Part shown: in pieces, positions 1-13,322 of the stretch
Layout of the letters: every line of letters begins with the position of its first letter
How positions within the stretch are numbered: position 1 is the first letter of the stretch
Position numbers and translations under genes: made by a program
Assembly (NCBI RefSeq): GCF_006345805.1
Contig: NC_043000.1
Location: forward strand, 141,422,001-141,486,000
Direction: 5' to 3'
Length of the DNA stretch: 64,000 nucleotides
Origin: Octopus sinensis
Taxonomy: Eukaryota
Notes under the pieces: generated by a model
What the model was told of the DNA's origin: nothing
The model's database searches: none
Seen by the model: the letters and a program-made list of their open reading frames with translations, nothing else

Positions 1-143
1 ACTTTCCTTTCTAAGCTTTCTCACGTAAAATAGGTTTTACGCTGATGACATCAGAATAAGAAACAGAAATTTCCAAATTTATCTCCCGTATCTGATGGGA
101 AAAGAAAAATATTAGTTATAGACAAATGAAGTTTTTATGTCAT

Positions 144-384
144 ACTCTTTTACTCTTTCACTTGTTTCAGGCATTTAACTGTGGGCATGCTGGAGCTCCG
201 CCTTTAGTCGATCGAGCAAATCGCCCCCCTGGTCTTATTCTTTGTAAGCCTAGTACTTATTTTATCGGTCACTTTTGCCGAATCGCTAAGTTACGGGACG
301 TAAACACACCAGCATCGGTTGTCAAGTGATGTTGGGGGGACAAACACAGACACACAAACATATACACACGCATACATACATACA

Positions 385-423
<39 letters not shown>

Positions 424-613
424 GTGTGCGTGTGTGTGTGTGCATATATACGACGGGCTTCTTTCAGTTTCCGTCTACAAATCCACTCACAAGACTTTGG
501 TCGGCCCGAGGCTATTGTAGAAGACACTTGCCCAAGGTGCCACGCAGTGGGACTGAACCCGGAACCATATGGTTCGTAATCAAGCTACTTACCCCACAGC
601 CACTCCTGCGCCT
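144..613 (-). mobile_element. SINE family A (tRNA-like head, internal TA/TG microsatellite, AAGAGT tail)
   Basis: Reverse complement starts AGGCGCAGGAGTGGCTGTGG (A-box-like), has a GGTTCAGTCCC B-box-like motif and ends in AAAAGAGT repeats; many similar copies in the window. Confidence 0.9.
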
Positions 614-1171
614 ATTTATTTATTTATTTCTAATTAGTTTTAAACCTTTGTTTTAAATGCTGGCACCAATTTACTTATTGATAATGGCCGTGATTTTTAC
701 CTAGATACTGATAAATTAAACACATATTTTACATACAATTTTATATACAATCAAAACTGTCACATTTATTTGATCAAAACTCTTCATTAAGAACGAAGCC
801 AATTTACCCACACTCCGTTAAACACTAGCTATAAGTACATCAATAAAATTTTGAAATGGTTAACTCCGGAAATATTTCTTTACACAAAATGAATTATATT
901 TGCACGTACCAACGGCCATAAAAAACGAACGAGTCGGTTAGTCGAATATCTTGTTAAAAGGACATGAAGTATTATCTCTCAGAAGACAGAGATATAATAC
1001 TGCTTTTATCTCCTGATTATCTATTCGAAATTCTTTAGATATTGTGATCCTATATGAGATGACTTCGACTCTGAGACTTGGAATGGTATTATCAAGTACA
1101 CATCGAAAGAAAAAGCAAAGATAGCACAATCACTATTAATATTTAGCGAGGCTGCTTTCATTATCACCGAT

Positions 1172-1300
1172 TATGTATGTATGTATGTATGTATGTATGT
1201 ATGTATGTATGTATGTATGTATGTATGTATGTATGTATGCACGTATGTATGTATGTATGTATGTATGCATGTATGTATGTATGTATGCATGTATGTATGT
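1172..1300. repeat. (ATGT)n microsatellite
   Basis: Direct reading. Confidence 0.95.
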
Positions 1301-1473
1301 ACCTATCTATATGTATATATGCTTACATGTATATATATGCGTGTGTGTTTTTTCTTCTAGTTTTCGCTTGCATTGCCTTCATTGAATTAAGTGGTATGTA
1401 TAAACATACATACATACATGCATACACACACACTCACACACACAAGCACATATACACACACACACATATATAT

Positions 1474-1805
1474 AGGCGTGGGTGTGGTTGTGTGATAAAG
1501 AGGTATGTTTCTCAACCACATGCTTAACTCTCCATGGGCAATTTGTCTTCTACTATAACGTCGGGAAACCCAAGGCCTTGTGAGTAGATTTGGTAAACGG
1601 AAATTAAAAGAAGCTCGTCGTAATTCATATATGTGTGTGTGTGTTTGTCAACCACCACCACCACTTGACACCCAATGTTGATGCGTTTGTGCCACCGTAA
1701 CTTAGCACTTCGGCAAAAGAAGCCGATAAAATAAGTACCAGACTTGAAAGAAGAACTGGGGTCGATTTGTTTGACTAAAATTCTTCAAGGCGGTGCCTCA
1801 AGGCA
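1474..1805 (+). mobile_element. SINE family A, diverged copy
   Basis: AGGCGTGGGTGTGGTTGTGTG head and GGGGTCGATTTGTTTGACTAAA...GGCGGTGC 3' part. Confidence 0.75.
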
Positions 1806-1824
1806 GTACCTGATGACATGAATG

Positions 1825-1855
<31 letters not shown>

Positions 1856-1863
1856 GCATGTAT

Positions 1864-2278
1864 ACTCTTTACTCTTTACTCTTTTATTTGTTTCAGTCAT
1901 TTGACTGCGGCCATGCTGGAGCACCGCCTTTAGTCGAGCAAATCAACCCCGGGACTTATTCTTTGTAAGCCCAGTACTTATTCTATCGGGGTCTTTTGCC
2001 GAACCGCTAAGTGACGGGGACGTAAACAGACCAGCATCGGTTGTCAAGCAATGCTAGGGGGACAAACACAGACACACAAACAAACACACGTATATATATA
2101 TATATACATATATACGACAGGCTTCTTTCAGTTTCCGTCTACCAAATCCACTCACAAGGCATTAGTCGGCCCGGGGCTATAGCAGAAGACACTTGCCCAA
2201 GGTGCCACGCAGTGGGAATGAACCTGGAACCATGTGGTTGGTAAACAAGCTACTTACCACACAGCCACTCCTGCGCCT
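1864..2278 (-). mobile_element. SINE family A
   Basis: Full-length match to the other family A copies. Confidence 0.9.
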
Positions 2279-2301
2279 ATGTATGCATGTATTTGTATAT
2301 A

Positions 2302-2533
2302 TACTCTTTTACTTGTTTCAGTCATTTGACTACGGCCATGCTGGAGCACCGCCTTTTTAGTCGAGCAAATCGAGCCCAGGACTTATTCTTTGTAAGCCTT
2401 GTACTTATTCTATCGGTCTCTTTTGCCGAAACGCTAAGTTACGGGGACGTAAACACACCAGCATCGGTTGTCAAGCGATGTTGAGGGGACAAACACAGAA
2501 ACACAAACACATACACACACACACAACACACAC

Positions 2534-2578
<45 letters not shown>

Positions 2579-2746
2579 CATATATACGACGTGCTTCTTT
2601 CAGTTTCCGTCTACCAAATCACTCACAAGACTTGGTCGGCCCGAGCTATAGCTGAAGACACTTGCCCAAGGTGCTCCGCAGTGGGACTGAACCGGAGCCA
2701 TGTGGTTCGTAAGCAAGCTACTTACCTTACAGCCACTCCTACGCCT
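2302..2746 (-). mobile_element. SINE family A
   Basis: Full-length match, adjacent to the previous copy. Confidence 0.9.
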
Positions 2747-3513
2747 GATATAGATATAGACACTTTAGGAAGGTCGAATAATTAGTAGTTAGTGGCGAGT
2801 TTGCATTACTATTCCAAAATAACCCGAACTCTGTTCAGCGTAGCATCATTGCTTAGTTATCATCTGTCATGATGGCAAGAATTTTCCGTTTTTAGTTATT
2901 CCTCAGAGCTCACGTGAATTAAAATGTCATGTGTGCGGTTTCAAACCGAATTCTCCCGACAGAGATAAAATATAATTTCTGGATCACACAGTCGATTCAT
3001 CTTCATAAATTTTGTATGGAACCCCATTTTCATTCAGCCTGAGATGCAGTTTTTACTTCCGTCTCCGAGTACATTTTCCATTTCATTTACGTTTGTGTCA
3101 GATCTGCCATCGAAATAATCTCTAAATCCATCTTTTGAAGACATAAATATATTTCGTGCAATTTAATGCAAGGTCGGAAAATAATTTTTATTTTATACTT
3201 AAATACAAACACACAAGCCCACACACATGCTCACATAGTCTCTCTCTATATATATATTTCTCTCTCTCCCTCTCTCTGTCATTCACACACGCGCGCGCGC
3301 ACATTCTTCACACTAAATTTGCAATATATCTGTCAAATACATTTAAACTTCAAATACATTTTTGGGATATAGCAAAATAACACCACATAAATTTTACTCA
3401 ACTTGCTAAAGACCTCTCTTCTAGTGTGTATAAATAATGGGTGGATAGACCTATTATAAAAGGATTTGTGTTACCTTTCCAGTATTCCTTTTTACAAGTA
3501 TAATTTAATAACG

Positions 3514-3660
<147 letters not shown>

Positions 3661-3662
3661 TA

Positions 3663-4168
3663 TCTATATATATAAAACTGTAGTTGTGTGAGTGTCCTGT
3701 CCCCTCGATTTAGATTCCTAACCACTCCCACATTTTGCGGTGCAGTTTAACCAAATTCGGGTATCTTATAGTCGTGATCATATCGAGCACGTCTGAGTAT
3801 TAGCGCGCGTCTACGATGAGTCTACGATTTAAAAAATAATTTAACATCATTTTTTATTCCATTTTAATGCATAATTTTTCGTGTGTCGATGGCGGCGGAG
3901 TTGGCGTCCATGGTCACACCTGCACCTGTTTGCTTCTCCCCCTTTTCCCTCCCTCGTGAAGTGGGGAAGGAGTGTAAGGAAATCAGCGTCGTAAAGCGTT
4001 GTCAAGGAGACCAGCGGTCTTTTAGAACAACGACTTCATGGCTTGAAGACACCAAAAACAGAAATGGCTAAGAAAGCCCGAATTGGCATCTATAAGGGAA
4101 GTAACTCTCAAAAAATGCTTATATAGTTATTTCCCTTACAAACCCGAGCAACGCCGGCGATACTGCTA

Positions 4169-4169
<1 letters not shown>
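3663..4169 (+). mobile_element. Non-autonomous Helitron-like element
   Basis: a|TCTATATATATAAA 5' end; 3' hairpin CCGAGCAACGCCGG followed by CTAG|t; no TSD; identical 3' end at 9433-9462. Confidence 0.8.
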
Positions 4170-4217
<48 letters not shown>

Positions 4218-4582
4218 ATATATATATATGTATGTATGTATATATATATATATATTCATGAAGATGATAACTACAACGACGACAACATTATCAATGGTGA
4301 CGACGACTATGATGATGATGATGATGACTCATCATGACAAAACGTATGACAATGCTGAACCTCTAAATTACATATACATCCAGCCATGAGGCTTCCTCAC
4401 AGTTTCCATCCCCTAATTTCATTCGACGTGCCAAAAAGGATTGAACTTCAAGCCTCATGGTGGTGAACAAGATTTCTTAACCCCACCCCCAGCCCTGCCT
4501 TCCTCCTATTTCACCAATGTTACGCATAGAATGTCTCCTTAAACTATTTCGTATTCACTCGGTGGCTGGGTCTTCCTCTCCA

Positions 4583-4815
4583 AAGGCGGCGAGTTGGCAG
4601 AAACCTTAGCCCGCCGGGCGAAATGCGTAGCCTTATTTCGTCTGTCGTTACGTTCTGAGTTCAAATTCCGCTGAGGTCAACTTTGCCTTTCATCCTTTCG
4701 GGGTCGATAAATTAAGTACCAGTTACGCACTGGGGTCGATGTTATCGACTTAATCCCTTTGTCTGTCCTTGTTTGTCCCTTCTATGTTTAGCCCCTTGTG
4801 GGTAGTAAAGAAATA
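4583..4815 (+). mobile_element. SINE family B (central CTTTCATCCTTTCGGGGTCGATAAA..AGTACCAG block, MetaSINE-like)
   Basis: AAGGCGGCGAG head, GAGTTCAAATTC B-box-like motif, AAAGAAATA end; multi-copy in the window. Confidence 0.88.
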
Positions 4816-5062
4816 TATTTCGTTCAGTTTTTCTAATTATGGCTATCGACACTTTTCTTTGGGTTTTTAGTGGTTACGTCGATACAGTTTGTCGAAACAA
4901 AAGCTGAATCTAAGCAAACTTCTCTCGACACCGGCCTGTAAACATGACGAAACGAACGTGAAAGTCCTTCACAGACAAGTCTCAGCAAAGTAAGTCGATT
5001 TCAATACGTTTTGGATTTTTAGAATAGATTTTTTTGGCGATCATTCGATACTTTTTTTTCTT

Positions 5063-5444
5063 TGGAAGCACTCCGTCGGTTACGACGACGAGGGTTCCGG
5101 TTGATCCGATCAACGGAACAGCCTGCTCGTGAAATTAACGTGTAAGTGGCTGAGCACTCCACAGACACGTGTACCCTTAACGTAGTTCTCGGGGATATTC
5201 AGCGTGACACAGAGTGACAAGGCCGGCCCTTTGAAATACAGGTATAACAGAAACAGGAAGTAAGAGTGGGAGAAAGTTGTGGCGAAAGAGTACAGCAGGG
5301 ATCACCACCATCCCCTGTCGGAGCCTCGTGGAGCTTTAGGTGTTTTCGCTCAATAAACACTCATAACGCCCAGTTTGGGAATCGAAACCGCGATCCTATG
5401 ACCGTGAGTCCGCTGCCCTAACCACTGGGCCATTGCGCCTCCAC
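5063..5444 (-). mobile_element. SINE family C (tRNA-like head) with TSD
   Basis: Reverse complement of 10762-11150; TSD TCATTCGATACT at 5041-5052 and 5445-5456. Confidence 0.9.
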
Positions 5445-5613
5445 TCATTCGATACTAGTAACGTAACTGTCGCTTATAAACCCACGTGGGTTTATTTACA
5501 TTTCTGAAGACAAAAAGATACCCTTCCCCCTACCCCTAACCCTAACCTCACATATATAAAAAAATAAAAATTTTACGGAAAGTGACGACCTTCTTCTTGA
5601 AATGTAAACAAAT

Positions 5614-5780
5614 AGGCGCATGAGTAGCTGTGTGGTAAGTAGCTTGCTAACCAACCACATGGTTCTGGGTTCAGTCCAACTGCGTGGCATCTGGGCAAGT
5701 GTCTTCTGCTATAGCCCGGGCGACCAATGCTTGTGAGTGGATTTGGTAGACGGAAACTGAAAGAAGCCTGTCGTAATATG

Positions 5781-5811
<31 letters not shown>

Positions 5812-6030
5812 TTGTGTGTCTGTGTCTATGTGTCCCCAGCATTGCTTGACAACCGATGCTGGTGGTTTACGTCCCCGTCACTTAACGGTTCGCAAAAGAG
5901 ACCGATAGAATAAGTACTGGGCTTACAAAGAATAAGTCCTGGGGTCGATTTGCTCGACTAAAGGTGGTGCTCCAGCATGGCCGCAGTCAAAATGACTGAA
6001 ACAAGTAAAAGAGTAAAGAGTAAGAGTAAA
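5614..6030 (+). mobile_element. SINE family A
   Basis: Full-length, AAGAGT tail. Confidence 0.9.
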
Positions 6031-6703
6031 TACACGTGATGTAAACGGGACTCATATCGAAAGAATGCCATTTTTTTTTCTTTAACCCTTTTGATGCCAA
6101 CCCACCTGAAACTGACCCCGGTTCTATGATGTTGTTGTGACGAAAGTCAGGACACCCCCTGTGAGAATAGACTGAACAAATGATTATAAACAGTAATGGT
6201 CTGAGTGTGATGGAGAGAGACTAATCGCAGGATGTAATAAGGTAAAAATCTTTATTATGATCATGAGATCGAACATCGAAAAGGACATAACAAGACGGAC
6301 AAATGCAAAAATGTTACGCGAGTTCGAATGAGACTTTTAAAAATTTAATTATATCTTTCTATATATAAAGCTGAAGTTGTCTGTGTATGGCAGGTTTGGT
6401 AGCCTTCAACTAACACTATCTCATCCGAGACCCTGTGGCACAAGTTGACTAAAATTGAGAGTATTTTGCTGTTTAAAATATAATTATAATAATAAGTCGT
6501 TCTTCGAGAAGAACGGTGGTCTCCTTGGCAACGCTTACGATGTGTGTGTTTTCCCTCCCCTCCCCTTCCCCACAGCTTCGCAAGGGAGGGAAAGAAGGGG
6601 AGGAGCAACACAGGTGCAGGTGCGAGCATGGACGCCGACACACGAAGAATTGGAAGAACCCAGACGACAGCTTCACAGTCAACCAGTACTACGGACAACT
6701 CTG

Positions 6704-8091
6704 CCACGACCACCACCACCACCACCATCACCACAACCACCACCACCATCACCACCACCACCATCACCACCACCATCGCCGCCACCATCGCCGCCACCAC
6801 CACCATCACCACCACCACCATCACCATCACCATCATCACCACCATCACCAACTCCACCACCACAACCATCACCACCGCCACCACCACCACCATCATCACC
6901 ACCACCAACACCACCACCACCATCACCACCACCACCATCACCATCACCACCATCACCATCACCACCACCACCATCACCATCACCACCATCACCATCATCA
7001 CCAACTCCACCACCACCACCATCACCATCACCACCATCACCACCACCACCACCATCACCACCACTACCATCACCATCATCACCAACTCCACCACCACCAA
7101 CTCCACCTGTACCACCACCACCACCACCACCACCGCCACCATCACCACCACCACCACCACCACCACTGACACCAACTCCACCACCACCACCACCACCACC
7201 ATCACCAACTCCACCACCATCAACTCCACCTGTACCACCACCACCACCACCACCACCACCACCACCATCACCACCACCATCACCACCACCATCACCACCA
7301 CCATCGCCGACACCATCACCACCACCACCATCACCACCACCATCACTACCACCATCGCCGCCACCACCACCACCACAACCTCGCCGCCACCACCACCACC
7401 ACCTCGCCGCCACCACCACCACCACCACCACCATCACCACCACCACCACCATCACCATCATCACCATCACCACCACCACCACCACCACCATCACCATCAC
7501 CACTATCACCATCATCACCAACTCCACCACCACCACCATCACCACCGCCATACCACCACCATCATCACCATCACCACACCACCACCACCACCACCACCAC
7601 CACCACCATCACCACCACTATCATCACCATCATCACACCAACTCCACCACCACGAACTCCACCTGTACCACCACCACCACCACCACCGCCACCATCACCA
7701 CCACCACCACCACCACCATCACCACCACTATCATCACCATCATCACCACCACCACCATCACCATCATCACCATCACCACCACCACCACCACCACCACCGC
7801 CACATCACCGCCACCAAACCACCACCACCATCTCACCAACTCCACCACCACCAACTCCACCTGTACCACCACCACCACCACCACCGCCACCACCACCACC
7901 ACCACCACCACCACCATCACCACCACTATCATCACCATCATCACCAACTCCACCACCACCAACTCCACCTGTACCACCACCACCACCACCACCACCGCCA
8001 CCATCACCACCACCACCACCACCACCACCACCACCACCATCACCAACTCCACCATCACCATCATCACCAACTCCACCACCACCACCACCAC
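6704..8091. repeat. About 1.4 kb degenerate (ACC/ATC)n trinucleotide array
   Basis: Direct reading; recurring sub-motif ACCAACTCCACCTGT. Confidence 0.95.
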
Positions 8092-8936
8092 TTTTCCGTG
8101 TGTCGGCGTCCAGGCTCACACATGCATCTGTGAAGCGTTGTGAAGGAGACCACCGTTCTTCTCAAAAAAATTCTAAACTTCCTATACTTGTAGAATGTGT
8201 CAAAATAAAGCATTTTTTTCTCTTGGCTTTATTCAGAAAATTCTAGACTTTGTAAGATATTTGCTGTTTTTTCTTCTGCAATTTCAACTAATCAATGACG
8301 TCTATTGTGCAACAACTAATAAATACATTCAGTTGTGCAAATTCTTTGCACGGGAAACCTGCCTTTGTGTGGCGTGTTTCCCCATTTTGTAAATTCGTCT
8401 TCGGCTTTTCTAGCCATTTTCTGCTTTGAGCATGGCGACTTCAAAGCCATGAAGTCGTTCTTCGAGAAGAATGGTGGTCTCCTTGGCAACGCTTACGACG
8501 TGTGTTTTCCCTCCCCTCCCCTTCCCCACAGCTTCACAAGGCAGGGGAGGAGCCAGACAGGTGCAGGTGTGAGCACGGACGCCGACACACGAAGAATTGG
8601 AAGAACCCAGACGACAGCTTCACAGTCAACCACTACTACGGACAACTCTGCCACGACCACCACCAACTATGGTGAAAGAATGTATCTGGTGGACGCGAAT
8701 ATTTTAAAAGAAGATGGGTGAATGTAGCAAGGATGGCACGTATGAATGACGAAGCCACCTCGGGCATGATCCTATGAACGAAAAAAAGAAAGGAAAAAGA
8801 AAGACATTTACTGTAATGTGCTTTTTGTATGACATTCTTGCCCAAGGTTACTGGGGTGTTTCCGTAGGCTTTTCTTTTCACGGACAAACCTAATCTGTTT
8901 TCCCTTTTTACATTGACATTTCTGTGAATTTGGTTG

Positions 8937-9073
8937 GGTTCCATCTACCAAATCCACTCACAAGGCTTTGGTCGGCCCGAGGCTATAGTAGAAGATACTA
9001 TACGCCGTGGTACTGAACCCGGAACCTTGTGGTTGGTAAGCAAGCTACTTACCACACAGCCACTCCTGCACCT
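8937..9073 (-). mobile_element. SINE family A, 5' portion
   Basis: Matches the head half of family A. Confidence 0.8.
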
Positions 9074-9461
9074 ATTATATATATAACTCAAATAACTTAG
9101 ATCATTTGTATATATATTATATTATATATATATATATATATATATAAAGCTGAAGTTGTCTGTGTATGGCAGGTTTGGTAGCCTTCACTAACACTATCTC
9201 CTCCGAGACCCTGCGGCACAAGTTGACCAAATTGAGAGTATGATAGAAGACGGCTTGCTCTTCCTTCCGTAGAAGAAAAATTCAAATCGGACCATGTTAA
9301 CACCAAAATAATTACATCAAAAAGGTGCTTATTTTTCTGTATTTCAACCAGAAAATGTTCACTAAAGAGAATAACAAGCTACATAATGCAAAATTTTACT
9401 TTTCAAAAATTCCAATTCTAAAGGGATGAAACAAACCCGAGCAACGCCGGCGATACTGCTA

Positions 9462-9546
<85 letters not shown>

Positions 9547-9604
9547 GATATAGATATAGATAAATATACATATATATATATATATATATAATATATATAT
9601 AATA

Positions 9605-9637
<33 letters not shown>

Positions 9638-9684
9638 CTATATTATATATATAAATATGCATATATATATTTATGTGTATATCG

Positions 9685-10055
9685 TCGTGGCACTCTCCGT
9701 CGGTTACGATGACGAGCGTTCCAGTTGATGTGATCAATCGAACAGCTTGCTCGTGGAATTAACTTGTAAAATGGCTGAGAACTCCACAGACACGTGTACC
9801 ATTAACGTAGTTCTCACGGAGAGATTTAGCGTGACACAGACTGTGACAAGGCTAGCTTTTGAAATACACGTACAGAAACAGGAAGAAAGAGTGAGAGAAA
9901 GTTGTGATGAAAAGTTCGCCACCGCCCCCTGCCGGAACCTCGTGGAGCTTTAGATGTTTTTGCTCAATAAACACGCACAACGCCCGGTCTGGGAATCGAA
10001 ACTGCGATCCAACGACCGCGAGTTCGCTGCCCTAACCACTGGGCCATTGTACCTC

Positions 10056-10057
<2 letters not shown>
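9685..10057 (-). mobile_element. SINE family C, diverged
   Basis: Similar to 5063-5444. Confidence 0.85.
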
Positions 10058-10096
<39 letters not shown>

Positions 10097-10129
10097 GTAT
10101 GTATATACATACACACATACACACACACT

Positions 10130-10515
10130 TTTACTTATTTCATTCATTAGACTGAGGTCTTGCTAGGTCACCATCTTGAAGAATTTTAGACGAAGAGATC
10201 GACCCTAATTTATTTTTAAAGCCTGGTACTTATTCCATTTGTTTAATTTGCCGAACCACTAGGTTACGGGGACGGTAACAAAACAGCATCGGTTGTCCAG
10301 TAGTGGTGGGGTGTAAATATAGACACACACACATGCTCTCGCACATAAATACAACGGGCTTCTTTCAGTTTCCATCCACCAAATCCACTCACAAGGCTTT
10401 GGTCGGCACGAAGCTATAGTAGAAGACACTTTCTTAAGGTGCCACACAGTGGGACTGAACCCGGAACCATGTGGTTGGGAAGCAAACTTTTTACCACACA
10501 GCCACGCCTGCGCTT
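10130..10515 (-). mobile_element. SINE family A, diverged
   Basis: Family A head and body motifs. Confidence 0.8.
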
Positions 10516-10761
10516 GTTATGTATATCACCTGCATTCATACCTATACCTTTATTGCTGCGTATAATTTCCATTCAGAAGCTTTTACAGGGAGATTCTCTC
10601 GCTATCTAACTGTAAACCTTCACTAATTACAATCACAGTAATTCATAATGTATTTCTAAAATTATGAAATTCTTTACGCAAATTCGGTTTTATTCTCTGT
10701 TATGAAAATCTTTGTCCGAAAAGAATTTTATCCAGTGAAGTCTCTTTTATACTTATTCGAT

Positions 10762-11150
10762 GGTGGAGGCGCAATGGCCCAGTGGTTAGGGCAGCGGACT
10801 CGCTGTCATAGGATCGCGGTTTCGATTCCCAGACCGGGCGTTGTGAGTGTTTATTGAGCGAAAACACCTAAAGCTCCACGAGGCTCCGGCAGGGGATGGT
10901 GGTGATCACTGCTGTACTCTTTCACCACAACTTTCTCTCACTCTTACTTCATGTTTCTGTTGTACCTGTATTTCAAAGGGCCGGCCTTGTCACTCTCTGT
11001 GTCACGCTGAATATCCTCGAGAACTACGTTAAGGGTACACGTGTCTGTGGAGTGCTCAGCCACTTACACGTTAATTTTACGAGCAGGCTGTTCCGTTGAT
11101 TCGGATCAACCGGAACTCGCGTCGTCGTAACCGACGGAGAGCTTCCATTC
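10762..11150 (+). mobile_element. SINE family C with TSD
   Basis: GGAGGCGCAATGGCCCAGTGGTTAGGGC A-box and GGTTTCGATTCCC B-box; flanking ATACTTATTC repeat. Confidence 0.9.
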
Positions 11151-11199
11151 CATACTTATTCCATGCATAAATGTAGTACAAATTCTTGTACATATATAT

Positions 11200-11480
11200 C
11201 TTCTTCTTTCTTCTTTATGCCTTTAACCCTCCAACGCGGAGTATAGGCCATTTATAGTTGACTTCCATGTTGCATAATCTGTACTTATACTCTGCCATGA
11301 ATGTCACCCCCTTCTCTAGTTCCTTTGTGTTGATCTCCGCTGCGAATTCTTAGGCCTACCTCTCCTTCTATATCCAGCCGGTTTCCTCTGTAAAGCACTT
11401 TCCGCTACATTTGGTGTGTCTTTTCTAATTATGCTACCAATCCACTTCCACTTTTTCTTAAATATTTGCTTCCTAGTCGG
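11200..11480 (-). mobile_element. RTE-clade LINE 3' fragment
   Basis: Minus-strand translation includes KKWKWIG and GYRRRGRPK-like motifs typical of RTE C-termini; short repeat tail. Confidence 0.65.
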
Positions 11481-12410
11481 AACTTCATTTGTTTTTTGCC
11501 ATAGCTAGTACATATAGATGTACAAATATAGGTGTACAGATATACGTACAAATTCTTGTACATATAGTTGTGTGTGTTTCTCCATACTGCGAAACTGTTG
11601 GAATATTGGACAAGGTATCATTCGGTATCTGTTCCAGTATTTTATGTTCTGAGAGTAACGCCAGCAACGATTGGTGCGGAACTATATTAGCCATAGGGCG
11701 GCGGCCTTTCTCTTGGACGGTATCGGTGGCGTGGTAAAGAGGGACCTGTATGCATGAGCAATCGTTAGTCTTCCATTCAATAAAACCTTGTCCAGGCCTG
11801 TACATACTGATAAAGATGTACGGTCAATACTGACGGAAGAAGGTTTGAGTGCATTTGCTACATGAACGAAAATGTAATGGTATTAAGTGGGATTTGAAAT
11901 TGAACCACATTTTAAGTATTTGTGGTATTATCACCTTTCTTCTATCACGTTTGATTCATATTTATTAACATTTTATTCCTTATTTTATCTCTTAATGAAA
12001 TAACGACTATTCGTAACTCATTCAAACAAACTAATAAACAATCAGATAAACGAACGCTGATTAATGTTAACTGCAATCAGTTTTCAAGTTAATGTCATCA
12101 AATTTAATCATGGACGGCTATATACGTCCATATTTAATACACGAAATACACGCAATAAACAGTATTGTATCTGAGCGTCATTAAGCACAGTGCAAGGACA
12201 GGTTAGTCTCGAAACATTGTTTATCCAATTTATAATTTACCCTGTCTGACGATCCTTCAACCTTCAACTCAATTTTCTTTCCAAGAGCAGCCAACAAGAA
12301 TTCGGCAGAAGTTGCTTCTGACGTCATTAATGTCTATCATCCTGCCGAACAATCATGATGATGATGATCGTCATTGGCTCCTGCTGCGTTATCATACTGA
12401 TTCTCCCTAT

Positions 12411-12848
12411 CATTTCTTCCTCCTCTTTCTCCTCCTCTTTCTCCTCCTCTTTCTCCTCCTCTTCCTCCTCTTTCTCCTCCTCCTCCACCACCACTACCTC
12501 TTCATCTTCTTCCTCCTCCTCCTCCTCCCACTTCTTCTTCCATTTCATCCTCCTCCTCCCCCACTTCTTCTTCCATTTCATCCTCCTTCTCTTCCTCCTC
12601 CCACTTCCTCTTCCATTTCCTCCTTCTCCTCCCACTTCTTCCATTTCATCCTTCCTCCTCCCCCTCCTCCTCCTCCTCAACCACCACCACCACCACCACC
12701 ACTACCTCTTCACCCTCCACCTCCTTCTCCACCTCCTCCTCCTACTCCTTCCATTTCATCCTTCGTCCTCCTCCTCCCACTTCTTCCATTTCATCCTTCT
12801 CCTCCTTCTCCACGTCCTCCTCCACCACCATCACCACCACCACCATCT
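12411..12848. repeat. Pyrimidine-rich (CCT/CTT/CAC)n low-complexity tract
   Basis: Direct reading; CCACTTCTTCCATTTCATCCT subunit recurs. Confidence 0.9.
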
Positions 12849-12930
12849 CAGATGAAAGGCACAATTTTGGCAGGATTTGTACTCAGAACGCAAAATAGGA
12901 GGGAGTGCTGCTAAGCATTTTGCCAGGCAT

Positions 12931-13322
12931 TCTCTTTACTCTTTTTACTTGTTTCAGTTATTTGACGGTGGCCATGCTGGAGCACCGCCTTTAGTCGAGC
13001 AAATCCACCCCAGGACTTATTCTTTGTAAGCCTAGTACTTATTCTATCGGTATCTTTTTGCCGAACCGCTGAGTTACGGCAACGTAAACACATCACCATC
13101 GGTTGTCAAGCGATGTTGGAGGGACAAACACAGACATATACACATACGTACACCCCCCCCCCACACACGACGAACTTCTTTCAGTTTCCGTCTACCAAAT
13201 CCACTTACAAGGCTTTGGTCGGCCCGAGGCTATAGTAGAAGACACTTGCTCAAGGTGCCACGCAGTGGGACTGAACCCGGAACCATGTGGTTGGTAAGCA
13301 AACTACTTACCACACAGCCACT
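12931..13322 (-). mobile_element. SINE family A
   Basis: Match to family A. Confidence 0.88.

Larger units (their letters stand above)
6354..9462 (+). mobile_element. Composite Helitron-like element(s): 5' end at 6354, second 5' end near 9140, 3' hairpin and CTAG at 9462
   Basis: 6360-6462 repeated at 9140-9240; internal segments 6495-6650 and 8440-8592 are reverse-complement relatives of 3880-4050 in the upstream Helitron; ends ...CCCGAGCAACGCCGGCGATACTGCTAG|t. Confidence 0.65.

Noticed and set aside
41-75. CTGATGA...GAAA hammerhead-like core
   Set aside because: No stem II or stem III pairing
6345-8143. Long ORFs resembling extensin, mucin, His-rich or Gly-rich proteins (up to 562 aa)
   Set aside because: ACC/ATC triplet arrays are largely stop-free on both strands; flanks are transposon-derived and the register shifts mid-array
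10762-10840. tRNA gene
   Set aside because: tRNA-like head continues into a SINE body with TSD; multiple copies
12312-12914. Pro/Leu-rich and Glu-rich ORFs
   Set aside because: Low-complexity CCT/CTT tract
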